64,000 bases of DNA from an uncultured Candidatus Saccharibacteria bacterium (GCA_964589445.1 CAZPQX010000003.1:42133-106132); one strand, 5' to 3'; shown: positions 17,017 through 26,524, numbered from the stretch's first letter. Program-made: numbers and translations. The notes: generated by a model from the sequence alone, not told the origin.

Positions 17017-17370
17017 TTGTTTGGGTTTAAAAATGCACTAAGAAGTGGTAGAGTTTGGGGGATGAAGGAAATCTTTTTGGATATAGGGTTTATACTTCTC
17101 ATGTATCTCTTGGCTTTTTTGTTTGGTTTTGGGTATAGGGCTGTTTTGAAATATTTTGCCAAAGGGACTGTGAGAGGGGTGAATAAAAATATTGGGAAGG
17201 TAGGGCGCCTTGTGCGCTTCGCTATAGGTGTGCTACTACTCATCCTCGCCATCACCACCACATGGAGCCCGCTCACTCTCTTCTTCTCTGGCTTCGCCAT
17301 CTTCGAAGCTCTCTTTAGCTGGTGCGGCTTCTACGCCGCCATTGGCAAGAATAGCTGCCCAGTGGGGTAA
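17017..17370 (+). CDS. DUF2892/YgaP-like small membrane protein
   Basis: TM-rich; C-terminal ...WCGFYAAIGKNSCPVG is typical of DUF2892. Start is probably ATG at 17062. Confidence 0.45.
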   Translation: MFGFKNALRSGRVWGMKEIFLDIGFILLMYLLAFLFGFGYRAVLKYFAKGTVRGVNKNIGKVGRLVRFAIGVLLLILAITTTWSPLTLFFSGFAIFEALFSWCGFYAAIGKNSCPVG

Positions 17371-17375
17371 AAGTT

Positions 17376-19889
17376 ATGAAAAATAAAGAAGCAAAAGCAC
17401 GAATAAAAATAAACAAACTCCTTGAACAAGCAGGTTGGCGTTTTTTTGATAATGAAAAGGGACAAGCAAATATTTCGCTTGAGCCGAATGTAAAACTTAC
17501 CCAAAAGGACATTGACGCTTTTGGTGAGGATTTTGAATCTACAAAAAACGGATTTATTGATTTTTTATTGCTTGATGAAAAAGGTTTTCCGTTTGTTATT
17601 TTAGAAGCCAAAAAAGAATATAAAAACCCGCTCGACGGCAAAGAACAGGCGAGAAAATACGCTCATACCGAAAACGCCCGCTTTGTTATTCTTTCAAACG
17701 GCAATCTTCACTATTTTTGGGATTTAGAACGAGGTGATCCTGAAATCATCACCGAATTTCCGACACAAGAATCTTTGAAACACAGACAGGATTTCAAACC
17801 AGATAATCAGCGTTTGGCAGACGAAGAAGTCAGAGACGATTATATTGCACTTACGCAAAACCCGAATTTCAAAGATGATCCTCGCTACAAACAAGAAGAA
17901 ACGCGAGAGCAATATCTTTGGGAAGAAAATTTGCGAATTTTGCGACCTTATCAGCTTAAAGCAATACACGCTTTGCAAAAATCCGCCGAAGCTGGAAATG
18001 ATCGTTTCCTTTTTGAAATGGCAACGGGGACAGGAAAAACGCTTATTTCCGCCGCCGTCATCAAACTGTTTTTGCGAACAGGCAACGCCAAAAGAATTTT
18101 GTTTTTAGTGGATCGCTTAGAATTGGAAGATCAAGCGCATAAAAACTTTGTCCGCTATTTGAGCAATGATTTTTCATCAGTTATTTACAAACAAAACCGC
18201 GATGACTGGAAAAAAGCGGAGGTTGTCATTTCAACAGTTCAAAGTCTTTCGGCGCAAGATAAATACAAAAAACTTTTTTCGCCGACTGATTTTGATTTGA
18301 TTATCGCCGATGAATCACACCGCGCAATCGGCGGAAACTCGCGCGCAGTTTTTGAATACTTTATCGGCTACAAATTGGGCTTAACTGCAACACCGAAAGA
18401 CTATTTGAAAAATGTTGATCCACAGAAACTTTCACAAAAAGACCCGCGCGCTTGGGAAAGACGACAACTCTTGGACACTTACACGACATTCGGCTGTAAA
18501 AATGGCGAGCCAACTTTCCGATTTAGCTTGCTTGACGGCGTAAAAGAAGGATTTTTGATCAATCCTATTGTTTCAGACGCGCGAACCGACATCACCACCG
18601 AACTACTCTCGGAAAAGGGCTACGCGGTTATGGTTGAAGATGAAGACGGCACAGGAAGCGAAGAAACATTTTTCCAAAAAGATTTTGAAAAGAAATTCTT
18701 TTCCGAAAAAACAAATCGCGTCTTTTGCCAAACACTCATTGAAAATTCTCTCAAAGACCCAATAAGCGGAGAAATCGGCAAGACCATTGTGTTTTGCGTG
18801 AGCCAAAAGCACGCTTCCAAAATTACCCAAACGCTCAACCAAATGGCGAGCCAACTTTGGCCCGACAAATACAATTCTGATTTTGCGTTGCAAATAACTT
18901 CAAACATTGCCGATAGCCAGCAATTCACAATCAACTTCGCAAACAATAACCTAAACGGACACACCAAGTTTTTGGAAAACTATAAATCCAGCAAAACGAG
19001 GGTTTGCGTAACTGTTGGAATGATGACCACGGGCTACGACTGCCAAGACATTTTGAATCTTGCGCTTATGCGCCCGATTTTCTCGCCGACTGATTTTATT
19101 CAGATCAAAGGACGAGGAACAAGAAAATTCACCTTTGAATATATGGACGAATACGGCGAAAAGCACAAAAAGCCAAAAGACCATTTCAAATTTTTTGATT
19201 TCTTCGCTAACTGCGAATATTTTGAAGAAAAATTTGATTATGACGAGGTTTTGCAACTGCCTATCAAGCAAAAAGGAACAGGCGGAGAAGGACCAGTCGG
19301 TGTTGACATTGATGAATTTGAAACTTTCAATCCCGATAAAGTAAAAACTCTTACGGAAACACCTGTCGGAATAGAAGGGATGAAAGTTGATCGCAAACTA
19401 TTTGAAAAAGCTCGCGAAGAATTGCAAAAAGACACTGAGGTAAAATCTGCCGTGGAAAACGAGCAATGGGACAAAGCGGTGCAAATTATGCGCGACAAAT
19501 ACGAAGACAAACCGCAATTATTCTTGAATCTTGAAAAAATCCGCAAGAGCGAAAACCTTGATCGCCGTATTTCTTGGCGCGAATTCTTGGAACGAGCCTT
19601 CGGCTTGATTGACGTTTTCAAATCCAAAGACGAAAAACTGGAAGAAGAATGCGAAAAGTTTATTTCAATTTACAAGCCCGAAAGCAAATATGTTCCGCAT
19701 ATCAAAAACTATCTGAAAGCGTATGTTACGGATGAAAAATTCCGCGACATTATCAACAACAAACATTTCGCCGACTTGAATGTTTATGCGGGGTTTACAA
19801 TGGCGGAATTTAAGGAATTAAACGGATGGCGGGAAACTGTGCCTGAATATGTGAAAGATTATGTTCCCGTTAATCAGTTTATGAGGTAG
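17376..19889 (+). CDS. hsdR: Type I restriction enzyme R subunit (HSDR_N PD-(D/E)xK nuclease plus SF2 helicase)
   Basis: N-terminal FIDFLLLDEKGFPFVILEAKKE (D..EAK nuclease); helicase motif I MATGTGKT; motif II DESHR. Confidence 0.75.
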   Translation: MKNKEAKARIKINKLLEQAGWRFFDNEKGQANISLEPNVKLTQKDIDAFGEDFESTKNGFIDFLLLDEKGFPFVILEAKKEYKNPLDGKEQARKYAHTENARFVILSNGNLHYFWDLERGDPEIITEFPTQESLKHRQDFKPDNQRLADEEVRDDYIALTQNPNFKDDPRYKQEETREQYLWEENLRILRPYQLKAIHALQKSAEAGNDRFLFEMATGTGKTLISAAVIKLFLRTGNAKRILFLVDRLELEDQAHKNFVRYLSNDFSSVIYKQNRDDWKKAEVVISTVQSLSAQDKYKKLFSPTDFDLIIADESHRAIGGNSRAVFEYFIGYKLGLTATPKDYLKNVDPQKLSQKDPRAWERRQLLDTYTTFGCKNGEPTFRFSLLDGVKEGFLINPIVSDARTDITTELLSEKGYAVMVEDEDGTGSEETFFQKDFEKKFFSEKTNRVFCQTLIENSLKDPISGEIGKTIVFCVSQKHASKITQTLNQMASQLWPDKYNSDFALQITSNIADSQQFTINFANNNLNGHTKFLENYKSSKTRVCVTVGMMTTGYDCQDILNLALMRPIFSPTDFIQIKGRGTRKFTFEYMDEYGEKHKKPKDHFKFFDFFANCEYFEEKFDYDEVLQLPIKQKGTGGEGPVGVDIDEFETFNPDKVKTLTETPVGIEGMKVDRKLFEKAREELQKDTEVKSAVENEQWDKAVQIMRDKYEDKPQLFLNLEKIRKSENLDRRISWREFLERAFGLIDVFKSKDEKLEEECEKFISIYKPESKYVPHIKNYLKAYVTDEKFRDIINNKHFADLNVYAGFTMAEFKELNGWRETVPEYVKDYVPVNQFMR

Positions 19890-19900
19890 CCAAAAATATT

Positions 19901-21769
19901 ATGCTTGATCAGACTACAAAACGAAAACTAGACTCTGCCCGACAAATTCTTGTCGGCAAAGTGCCAGACCCCAAGGCGCAAGTTGAGCAAATCACGACTG
20001 CGCTTGTCTATAAGTTTATGGACGATATGGACAAGGAATCGGAAGAGCTTGGCGGAGAGGCGAAATTTTTTGCCAACAGTTTTTCACAGTATTCTTGGAC
20101 GAAACTTATGAACAACAAACTTTCTGGGCAAGAACGCCTTGATTTATATGTTCAGGCAATTACGAATATGTCTAAAAACCCGCATATTCCGCAATTGTTT
20201 CGTGATATTTTCAAAGGCGCGTTTTTGCCATACAACGATCCTCGCACACTTTCGCTATTTCTCAAAGAGATCAATGAATTTAATTACGAACATAGCGAAA
20301 ACTTGGGCAATGCTTTTGAATATTTGCTTTCTATTCTCGGAAGCCAAGGCGACGCGGGACAATTCCGCACACCTCGCCACATTATTGATTTTATAGTTGA
20401 AGTGGTTGATCCAAAAAAGAACGAAACAATCCTTGATCCCGCTTGCGGAACGGCTGGATTTTTGATTTCTGCATACAAACATATTTTGAGGCAGAATAAA
20501 GAAAAATCTCTCACGCCAGACGAAAAATTGAAATTGATGAATAATCTTGCGGGCTATGATATTTCGCCCGATATGGTGAAATTGGCGCTCGTAAATTTGT
20601 ATTTACATGGCTTTCCAGATCCAAAAATTCACGAATATGATTCACTCACAAGCGAAAAGCGGTGGGGAGAAACATTTGATGTAATAATGGCAAACCCGCC
20701 CTTTACAACACCAAAAGGCGGAGTTAGTCCACATTCAAGGTTTAATGTAAGCGTGAAAAGAACTGAGGTTTTATTTGTTGATTATATTGTCAATCATTTA
20801 AATATTTCTGGACGCTCTGGTATTGTTGTTCCCGCTGGAGTGGTTTTTAAAGATGATTCTGGTTATGTCAAAATAAGAAAAAATCTTATTGATAGCAATC
20901 TACTCTGGGCTGTAATTTCGTTGCCTGGCGGAGTTTTTAACCCATATTCCAATGCTGAAACAAGCATTTTGTTTTTAGATAAAAAAGTTGCCCAAAAAAC
21001 AAGTAAAATTTTGTTTGTAAACATCAACAATGATGGTTATAGCCTTGGGAACACAAGAAATCCCATTAAAGATAATGATCTGCCTTCGGCTTTGGAATTA
21101 TTGAAAAATTATGCTAATGGGAAAAATATAAACAGTAGCCAAGCGTTATTTGTTGAAAAAGAGGATATAAAAAATAATTATTACATTCTTGTCGGCGATA
21201 GATATAAAAAGAATGGTGATAAAAAAACAAAAAATCATCTGCCGTTGAGTAAGCTTTTATTGCGGAATAAAACGCCAATAAATATTGAGAGCAATATTGT
21301 GTATAAAAGAGCAACCATAAAACTTTATGGGAAAGGTCTTTCAATAAGAGATGAGGAGATAGGGTCAAAGATAAATACAAAAAAACAATTTCTTATCAAA
21401 AAAGGTCAGCTACTACTTTCAAAAATTGATGCCCGAAATGGAGCGTTTGGAATAGTCCCTCAAGAATTAGACGGGGCAATTATTACTGGAAATTTTTGGG
21501 CTTTTGATATAAATGAAAATTTTGTAAACAAAGATTATTTGTCTTATCTGCTCTCTTCTAAAAAATTCTATTCAATTTGTAAAGATGCCAGCTCTGGGGT
21601 TACAAACAGAAAATACTTAAACGAAACTAAATTCTTGGCAATGGAAATTGAATTACCAAAAATTGAAGAGCAGAACAAATTGATAACGGAATTAAATGGT
21701 TACAAGAGTAAAATTGAGGAGTTGCAGAAAGAGCTTGATTCCAGAATAGCAAAAGAATGGGATGTATAA
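19901..21769 (+). CDS. hsdM: Type I RM fused methyltransferase-specificity protein (HsdM N6-adenine MTase plus a single HsdS-type target-recognition domain)
   Basis: GQFRTPRHI...DPACGTAGFL (SAM binding) and NPPF catalytic motif. The C-terminal ~190 aa (GAFGIVPQELDGAIITGNFWAF...) resemble an HsdS half-TRD. Confidence 0.7.
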   Translation: MLDQTTKRKLDSARQILVGKVPDPKAQVEQITTALVYKFMDDMDKESEELGGEAKFFANSFSQYSWTKLMNNKLSGQERLDLYVQAITNMSKNPHIPQLFRDIFKGAFLPYNDPRTLSLFLKEINEFNYEHSENLGNAFEYLLSILGSQGDAGQFRTPRHIIDFIVEVVDPKKNETILDPACGTAGFLISAYKHILRQNKEKSLTPDEKLKLMNNLAGYDISPDMVKLALVNLYLHGFPDPKIHEYDSLTSEKRWGETFDVIMANPPFTTPKGGVSPHSRFNVSVKRTEVLFVDYIVNHLNISGRSGIVVPAGVVFKDDSGYVKIRKNLIDSNLLWAVISLPGGVFNPYSNAETSILFLDKKVAQKTSKILFVNINNDGYSLGNTRNPIKDNDLPSALELLKNYANGKNINSSQALFVEKEDIKNNYYILVGDRYKKNGDKKTKNHLPLSKLLLRNKTPINIESNIVYKRATIKLYGKGLSIRDEEIGSKINTKKQFLIKKGQLLLSKIDARNGAFGIVPQELDGAIITGNFWAFDINENFVNKDYLSYLLSSKKFYSICKDASSGVTNRKYLNETKFLAMEIELPKIEEQNKLITELNGYKSKIEELQKELDSRIAKEWDV

Positions 21770-24120
21770 TTTATCGAAACATGAAGCTGAAAAGTATCAA
21801 AAAAATCAAAGGTTATAAATCGTTCCAAGATTTTGATTGGCAACCTTTTTTGAATAATGAAACTTTTCATGATGAAGTAAATATTCTTTATGGCGAAAAT
21901 GGAAGTGGTAAAAGCTCAATTGCCAACCTTTTGAAAAGTGTTTCAGAAAATAAAGATTTTGGTAAGTACATACCAGCCGAAGCGTGTTTGGTATTTGATG
22001 ACGGCGAGAAAAAATATCCAGTAAATAACGATTGGGACAATAAAATTTCAAAAGGTTCCATTTTGTTTTTTGATCGCGAATTTATTGATAAAAATGTTCA
22101 TTTGGGACACAGACGAGACACAACGCAAAACGGACAAGAACAAGAATCGGGCAAGATGATTATCGAGTTTGATAGCGACGCTATCAATTTGCGTGGTGTA
22201 AGAGATACGGCTAAAAAAGCGAAAGACGAACAAGACCAGAAAATTAAAGATTTCAATTCTGCGAATAAGGATTCATTGGCTTTTGCTTTGACTGACAATG
22301 AACAGCCGTTTTTCAAAAACTACAAAGATAAAAGTGAAGAAGAAATCAAAACAGCAAAACAAACATTGGGAAAGGAGAAAAAAGAAGCCGAAAAGAGCCT
22401 TGAAACAGATCAGGGATTGCAAAAGAAAGTCGCCAGTATCCAAAGAGACATAAAAAGCTTGCCGACAGAAGAAGTTGAAATTTCCTTTTCTGATGAGAAA
22501 ACATATCAGGCAATTTTTGATTTTGACCTAAAAGAGCAGGCAAAAATAGAAGCCGAGCAGACTTTGATTGATAAAGTTAAATCGCATAAATCATTCTTTG
22601 AAACTGGTTTTGAAATTAGAAAGACACACCAAAATCAGTGTCCTTTTTGCCAATCTGAAAATGAAGAAGCAGGAATCAAAAACATCGTTGATCTATACGA
22701 GCAAATTTATGACACGACATATAAAACACAAGTGCATCAATTTGAAAAAGATAAACAAGTCCTGCTTGATGAAATTTCACAAATTACACAAGCCGTTTCC
22801 GATTTTGATTTGAACAGTATTTTTCTTGAACTTAAAAAATTAGACCAAAATTACAAAATACCAAATATCTACTCTGTTGATGACGAAAAAACATACAAAA
22901 AACCAGCGGTGAAAGAGATAAAAGAGTTGAGTGGTAAAATAACGAAACTTGCGAAGCCAAGCAAAGAGGACATCAAAGAGCTTTATGCAAAAGTAAAAAC
23001 TGAATTTGAGGCGATTGAAGCATTTTTCAAGTCAATTAGTGATTTTGTAGATCAAAAGAACAAGCTCATTTCTAAATTCAAATCCGACAACACCGATGAA
23101 AAACTTCAAGCACGAATTGTTTCAAGCGGTAAAAGAATTGCTGAAATTGAAAAAGAGTTGGTTTTTATAAATGGAAACAAGATAAAGGAACAACAAAAGA
23201 AAGAGCAAAAAGAAAAGGAACAAAAAGCTTTGCAAGATGTTTTTGCTACGCTAAAAACAGAATACGATACAGCCTTAAAAGAATACGAAGATCATTGTTC
23301 GACAAAGGCTTTTTCAAACCTTTTGTCTAAAATTCAAGAATATTTCAAAAATTTCAATTTTAGTTTTAGGCTTGAACCAAAAACAGCACCAACAGGAAAC
23401 AAAACCGAATTTCCGTTTGCGTTCAAGGTTTTGGATTTTGAGGGAAACGAGCGAGATTTCAAAGAGGGACTTTCCGAGGGGGAAATTCAGGTTTTGTCCC
23501 TTTGTTTTTTCTTTGCGTTTCTTGATATACAAAAAGATAAAAAACAAAAGGTGCTTGTTTTTGACGACCCGATCACGAGTTTGGATAATAGCAATTTGAG
23601 TTGTCTCGTTGATTTAATCGCCGAAGAGCAAAAAAACTTTTCACAAATTTTTGTTTTTTCTCACCACAGAACCTTTTTCAAATTTTTAAGAAAGCGATTT
23701 GATAAAAATTGCCATGAATACAATCTAATCCGAAACAAAAAAGAATTTGGCGGAAGTTTTATTTGCAAAAGTAAATCTGATAAATTTTTGGCTAAGCTGA
23801 AAAATTTTGAAACTGACTTGGCGAAAATTCCGCCAGCAAGTCTTGATGTTGAATTGAAAGTCGTTGAATATGGGCAATATTTGCGATATGAGGTTGAAAG
23901 GCATATCAAAAATAATTTATTGCACTGGAACGCAAATGATTTCCCAACGGCGATTGATGGTGTAAAATGTAATAAAGAGATAGATGACGGCGATTTGGAC
24001 AAAATCAAGCAAATATATTCGTTTTGCAACTGGACGACTTCGCATGTTGATGTAGGAGATGATCATGGACTTGGACAACTGAAAACAAAAATCGCCGATT
24101 TTGTAGCAATTGTTAAATAG
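21757..24120 (+). CDS. RloC-like Rad50/SbcC-type ABC ATPase with a coiled-coil zinc hook; candidate anticodon nuclease
   Basis: Walker A GENGSGKSS; long Lys/Glu coiled coil containing a CPFC (CxxC) hook; signature LSEGEIQVLSL; Walker B/D-loop VLVFDDPITSLD; H-loop FSHH. The C-terminal ~150-aa domain has R-x3-E...H candidates (LRYEVERH). Positioned right after hsdR/hsdMS as in restriction-linked RloC. Start may be ATG at 21781. Confidence 0.55.
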   Translation: MGCIIYRNMKLKSIKKIKGYKSFQDFDWQPFLNNETFHDEVNILYGENGSGKSSIANLLKSVSENKDFGKYIPAEACLVFDDGEKKYPVNNDWDNKISKGSILFFDREFIDKNVHLGHRRDTTQNGQEQESGKMIIEFDSDAINLRGVRDTAKKAKDEQDQKIKDFNSANKDSLAFALTDNEQPFFKNYKDKSEEEIKTAKQTLGKEKKEAEKSLETDQGLQKKVASIQRDIKSLPTEEVEISFSDEKTYQAIFDFDLKEQAKIEAEQTLIDKVKSHKSFFETGFEIRKTHQNQCPFCQSENEEAGIKNIVDLYEQIYDTTYKTQVHQFEKDKQVLLDEISQITQAVSDFDLNSIFLELKKLDQNYKIPNIYSVDDEKTYKKPAVKEIKELSGKITKLAKPSKEDIKELYAKVKTEFEAIEAFFKSISDFVDQKNKLISKFKSDNTDEKLQARIVSSGKRIAEIEKELVFINGNKIKEQQKKEQKEKEQKALQDVFATLKTEYDTALKEYEDHCSTKAFSNLLSKIQEYFKNFNFSFRLEPKTAPTGNKTEFPFAFKVLDFEGNERDFKEGLSEGEIQVLSLCFFFAFLDIQKDKKQKVLVFDDPITSLDNSNLSCLVDLIAEEQKNFSQIFVFSHHRTFFKFLRKRFDKNCHEYNLIRNKKEFGGSFICKSKSDKFLAKLKNFETDLAKIPPASLDVELKVVEYGQYLRYEVERHIKNNLLHWNANDFPTAIDGVKCNKEIDDGDLDKIKQIYSFCNWTTSHVDVGDDHGLGQLKTKIADFVAIVK

Positions 24121-24160
24121 TCCCGCCGTCCCGCCGAAAAGTTTTGGGGGCGAAGCCCAA

Positions 24161-24212
24161 GCAGGCGGGCAAAAAGGAAGGGGGTTGGGGGAAGGGATTT
24201 TTGCCCGCCTGC
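24161..24212. terminator. Strong hairpin (15-bp perfect stem gcaggcgggcaaaaa/tttttgcccgcctgc)
   Basis: Perfect inverted repeat with a G-rich loop downstream of the RloC-like gene. Confidence 0.55.
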
Positions 24213-24260
24213 TTCCGTTCTCCTTCTTTTTAAGCAAAGAAAAATTGTTAAAATAAATTT

Positions 24261-24725
24261 ATGAGTATAGAATTTTCTAAAAATTTAATTAAAGGAAAGA
24301 TTGCAGAAGTTGTGTTTGAACAAATGATTCGTGAAGAAGGCAAATATACAGTTATCCCTTTTGGTTATGAGCATACAGTACCAACACTTTCTCAATACCA
24401 GCATTTGGCGGTAGTAAAACAGATAATGGATAATATTTCTGATGCCCCTGATTTCGCTCTTATTTCAGAAGATAAAACAAAAGTTTATTTAGTTGAAGTT
24501 AAATTTCAAAGTAGATTAAATATTAATGATTTAGAAGAATACGCAATAAAATTATGTGATAGGTGGGAGTATCCCTGGCTTTTTGTTGCAACACGTGACG
24601 GTTTTTATAATGGATTATGTAGAGACATAATAAAAGAAAGACGAATCCCAGAACTAACAGAAAATTGGGTTAAAAAAGAACGACAAGAGGAATATTTGAA
24701 ATTACTAAACGAGTTTGAAAAATAA
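24261..24725 (+). CDS. PD-(D/E)xK-fold nuclease (Hjc/restriction-endonuclease-like)
   Basis: GKIAEVVFEQ...PDFALISEDKTKVYLVEVK gives the E...D...E-V-K arrangement. Confidence 0.45.
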   Translation: MSIEFSKNLIKGKIAEVVFEQMIREEGKYTVIPFGYEHTVPTLSQYQHLAVVKQIMDNISDAPDFALISEDKTKVYLVEVKFQSRLNINDLEEYAIKLCDRWEYPWLFVATRDGFYNGLCRDIIKERRIPELTENWVKKERQEEYLKLLNEFEK

Positions 24726-24785
24726 TTTTGTGGGTGTAGGATTTGGGGGATTGATAAAATCCCGTAAAATAATTTATATAAAAAC

Positions 24786-25334
24786 ATGGCTATAAAAATT
24801 ACATATTTTGTACACGGCACGACTACAGATAACGAGAAGCACATTTCTTCAGGTTGGAAGGATGTCGAGTTGTCAGAGCTTGGAGTTCAGCAGTCTAAAG
24901 AATTAACCGGAAAGACAAAAGACCAGAAATTTGATGTTGTGTTTTGCTCGGATTTGAAACGAGCTCATGACTCAGCTAAAATCACTTGGGAAGGCATATA
25001 TGAAATTATCCCTGATGCACGACTTAGAGAATGTAATTATGGCGATTTGAATGGTGCGTCTTCTGATGTTGTCGAACCGATGCAAGAAGGTGAATGCCTC
25101 GAGAAACCATTTCCAGGTGGTGAGAGTTATGAGGATGTGAAGTCTCGCATCGCAGATTTTTTGGAATTTCTAAAACAAAATTATGAAGGGAAGCATGTGG
25201 CTATAGTCGCACATAAGGCGCCACAAATTTCGCTTGATGTGTTGCTTAGGAGTAAGACTTGGGAGCAGGCGCTCGCCGAGGATTGGAGGAAGATAAAAGC
25301 GTGGCGCCCAGGTTGGGAATATAATTTGGAATAG
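24786..25334 (+). CDS. Histidine phosphatase superfamily (PGAM-like) protein
   Basis: FVHGTTTDN (RHG-like) and SDLKRAHDSA motifs. Confidence 0.6.
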   Translation: MAIKITYFVHGTTTDNEKHISSGWKDVELSELGVQQSKELTGKTKDQKFDVVFCSDLKRAHDSAKITWEGIYEIIPDARLRECNYGDLNGASSDVVEPMQEGECLEKPFPGGESYEDVKSRIADFLEFLKQNYEGKHVAIVAHKAPQISLDVLLRSKTWEQALAEDWRKIKAWRPGWEYNLE

Positions 25335-25512
25335 TTGTTTTGGGAGGGAGGGGGATTTTGGTGGTGTGTAATTATGGCCGTAGTCACTAGCGTGATTACG
25401 GCCATAGTTACGAGCGGGTAGGAGCGGAGAAAATAAATTTCAGTAGGTAAGCTTGCAAAATTGAGAAGTTGTGTTATGGTTAGTGACAGAAAGGAAACCG
25501 TTTTAACTAACC

Positions 25513-25830
25513 ATGTCTAAACATTCAAGGGCGGGTGGTAAATTCACAGGCAATCACACGACCCTTATACCCGCCGCGACTATCGTCTGTGATATCGCGG
25601 CTGCCTGTCCTACTGTGACCAAAATCACACCCGGATTTATTAAGGCAGGGCTCAAGTCGGTTAGTGGCAAGCGTCGAGTAAAAATTTTGGAAAAGGAAAG
25701 GGTGCTTTCCGTTTCCGTTAGGGATAATTGTTCCCAACAAGAAATTTTTGTTTATGGGACAGACTTGCGGGCTGCGAATCTCGCAATCGCTAATGGATCG
25801 AAGAAACATGGGTTTGCAGTTACGGAATGA
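25513..25830 (+). CDS. GC-rich hypothetical protein, cassette A
   Basis: SD agaaagga upstream; GC-rich; followed by a strong GC hairpin terminator (25831-25880). An overlapping antisense ORF also exists, so strand is uncertain. Confidence 0.3.
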   Translation: MSKHSRAGGKFTGNHTTLIPAATIVCDIAAACPTVTKITPGFIKAGLKSVSGKRRVKILEKERVLSVSVRDNCSQQEIFVYGTDLRAANLAIANGSKKHGFAVTE

Positions 25831-25987
25831 ACCCGCCGCTTGCAGTAACGGAGACCCTCCGTTTGCAGCGGCGGGTTTTCGTTTGTCTAAAATTTTAATA
25901 GATGAGGAGGATTACAAACTTGATTTTTTGTAATAAATAATGTAAAAATTGTGGCGGATGTTAGGTTAAGAAAGGACAGGTTGGTAA

Positions 25988-26401
25988 GTGCCTAAGAAAA
26001 AGGTAATTCACTATTTTTGCCACGATATCACTTCTAATGGTGACATCTTGTGTGGTATGCTCGAAGCCCTCTTCGGGGTGGTGGTTGTGAGGTTTGCCTG
26101 GGACATCGAGGAAATCGTGGAGAGGGATGTTCGAAAAGATATCCCCATCCTCTGTATTTTTGCCCCACCTCTTCGGCAAAAAGAAGACGCCGAGCGTGTG
26201 GAAAGGGAAGTCTGGGAAAAAGTAAGGGAGTTGTTGAGGGGGACACCAGCCTTGTGGTTGTCTGGGGACCGAGGCCAAGACCTCAGGTTTCTGAGGCTGA
26301 CCAAGGTGGTCCATACAGAAGAAGGAGACCCATTTGGGTCCTTCGTTCGCGCGGTGCATAAGATCACGGGGATTGTGCCTCGAGCTCCGCTCAACATGTA
26401 G
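25988..26401 (+). CDS. GC-rich hypothetical protein, cassette B
   Basis: SD aagaaagga upstream; GTG start; collinear with neighbouring + strand genes. An overlapping 154-aa antisense ORF makes strand uncertain. Confidence 0.3.
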   Translation: MPKKKVIHYFCHDITSNGDILCGMLEALFGVVVVRFAWDIEEIVERDVRKDIPILCIFAPPLRQKEDAERVEREVWEKVRELLRGTPALWLSGDRGQDLRFLRLTKVVHTEEGDPFGSFVRAVHKITGIVPRAPLNM

Positions 26402-26524
26402 GGCGATCACCGGCCTAAGCTTCAAGGGTGTCGAGCAGTCGACGCCCTTTCGTTTATCTAAAATTTATAAATGGGAAAGATGGTATAGTGTTAGGGTATT
26501 TACTTATAACCTTTAAATAAAAAT

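Noticed and set aside
25370-25420. 24-bp imperfect direct repeat (taattatggccgtagtcactagcg / tgattacggccatagttacgagcg) after the phosphatase gene
   Set aside because: It is a short, isolated tandem duplication with no associated feature. It is noted but not interpretable from sequence alone.
25961-26425. 154-aa minus-strand ORF overlapping cassette B
   Set aside because: The plus-strand ORF is collinear with its neighbours and has an SD plus a downstream terminator, though this remains uncertain. A GC-rich region yields long ORFs on both strands by chance.
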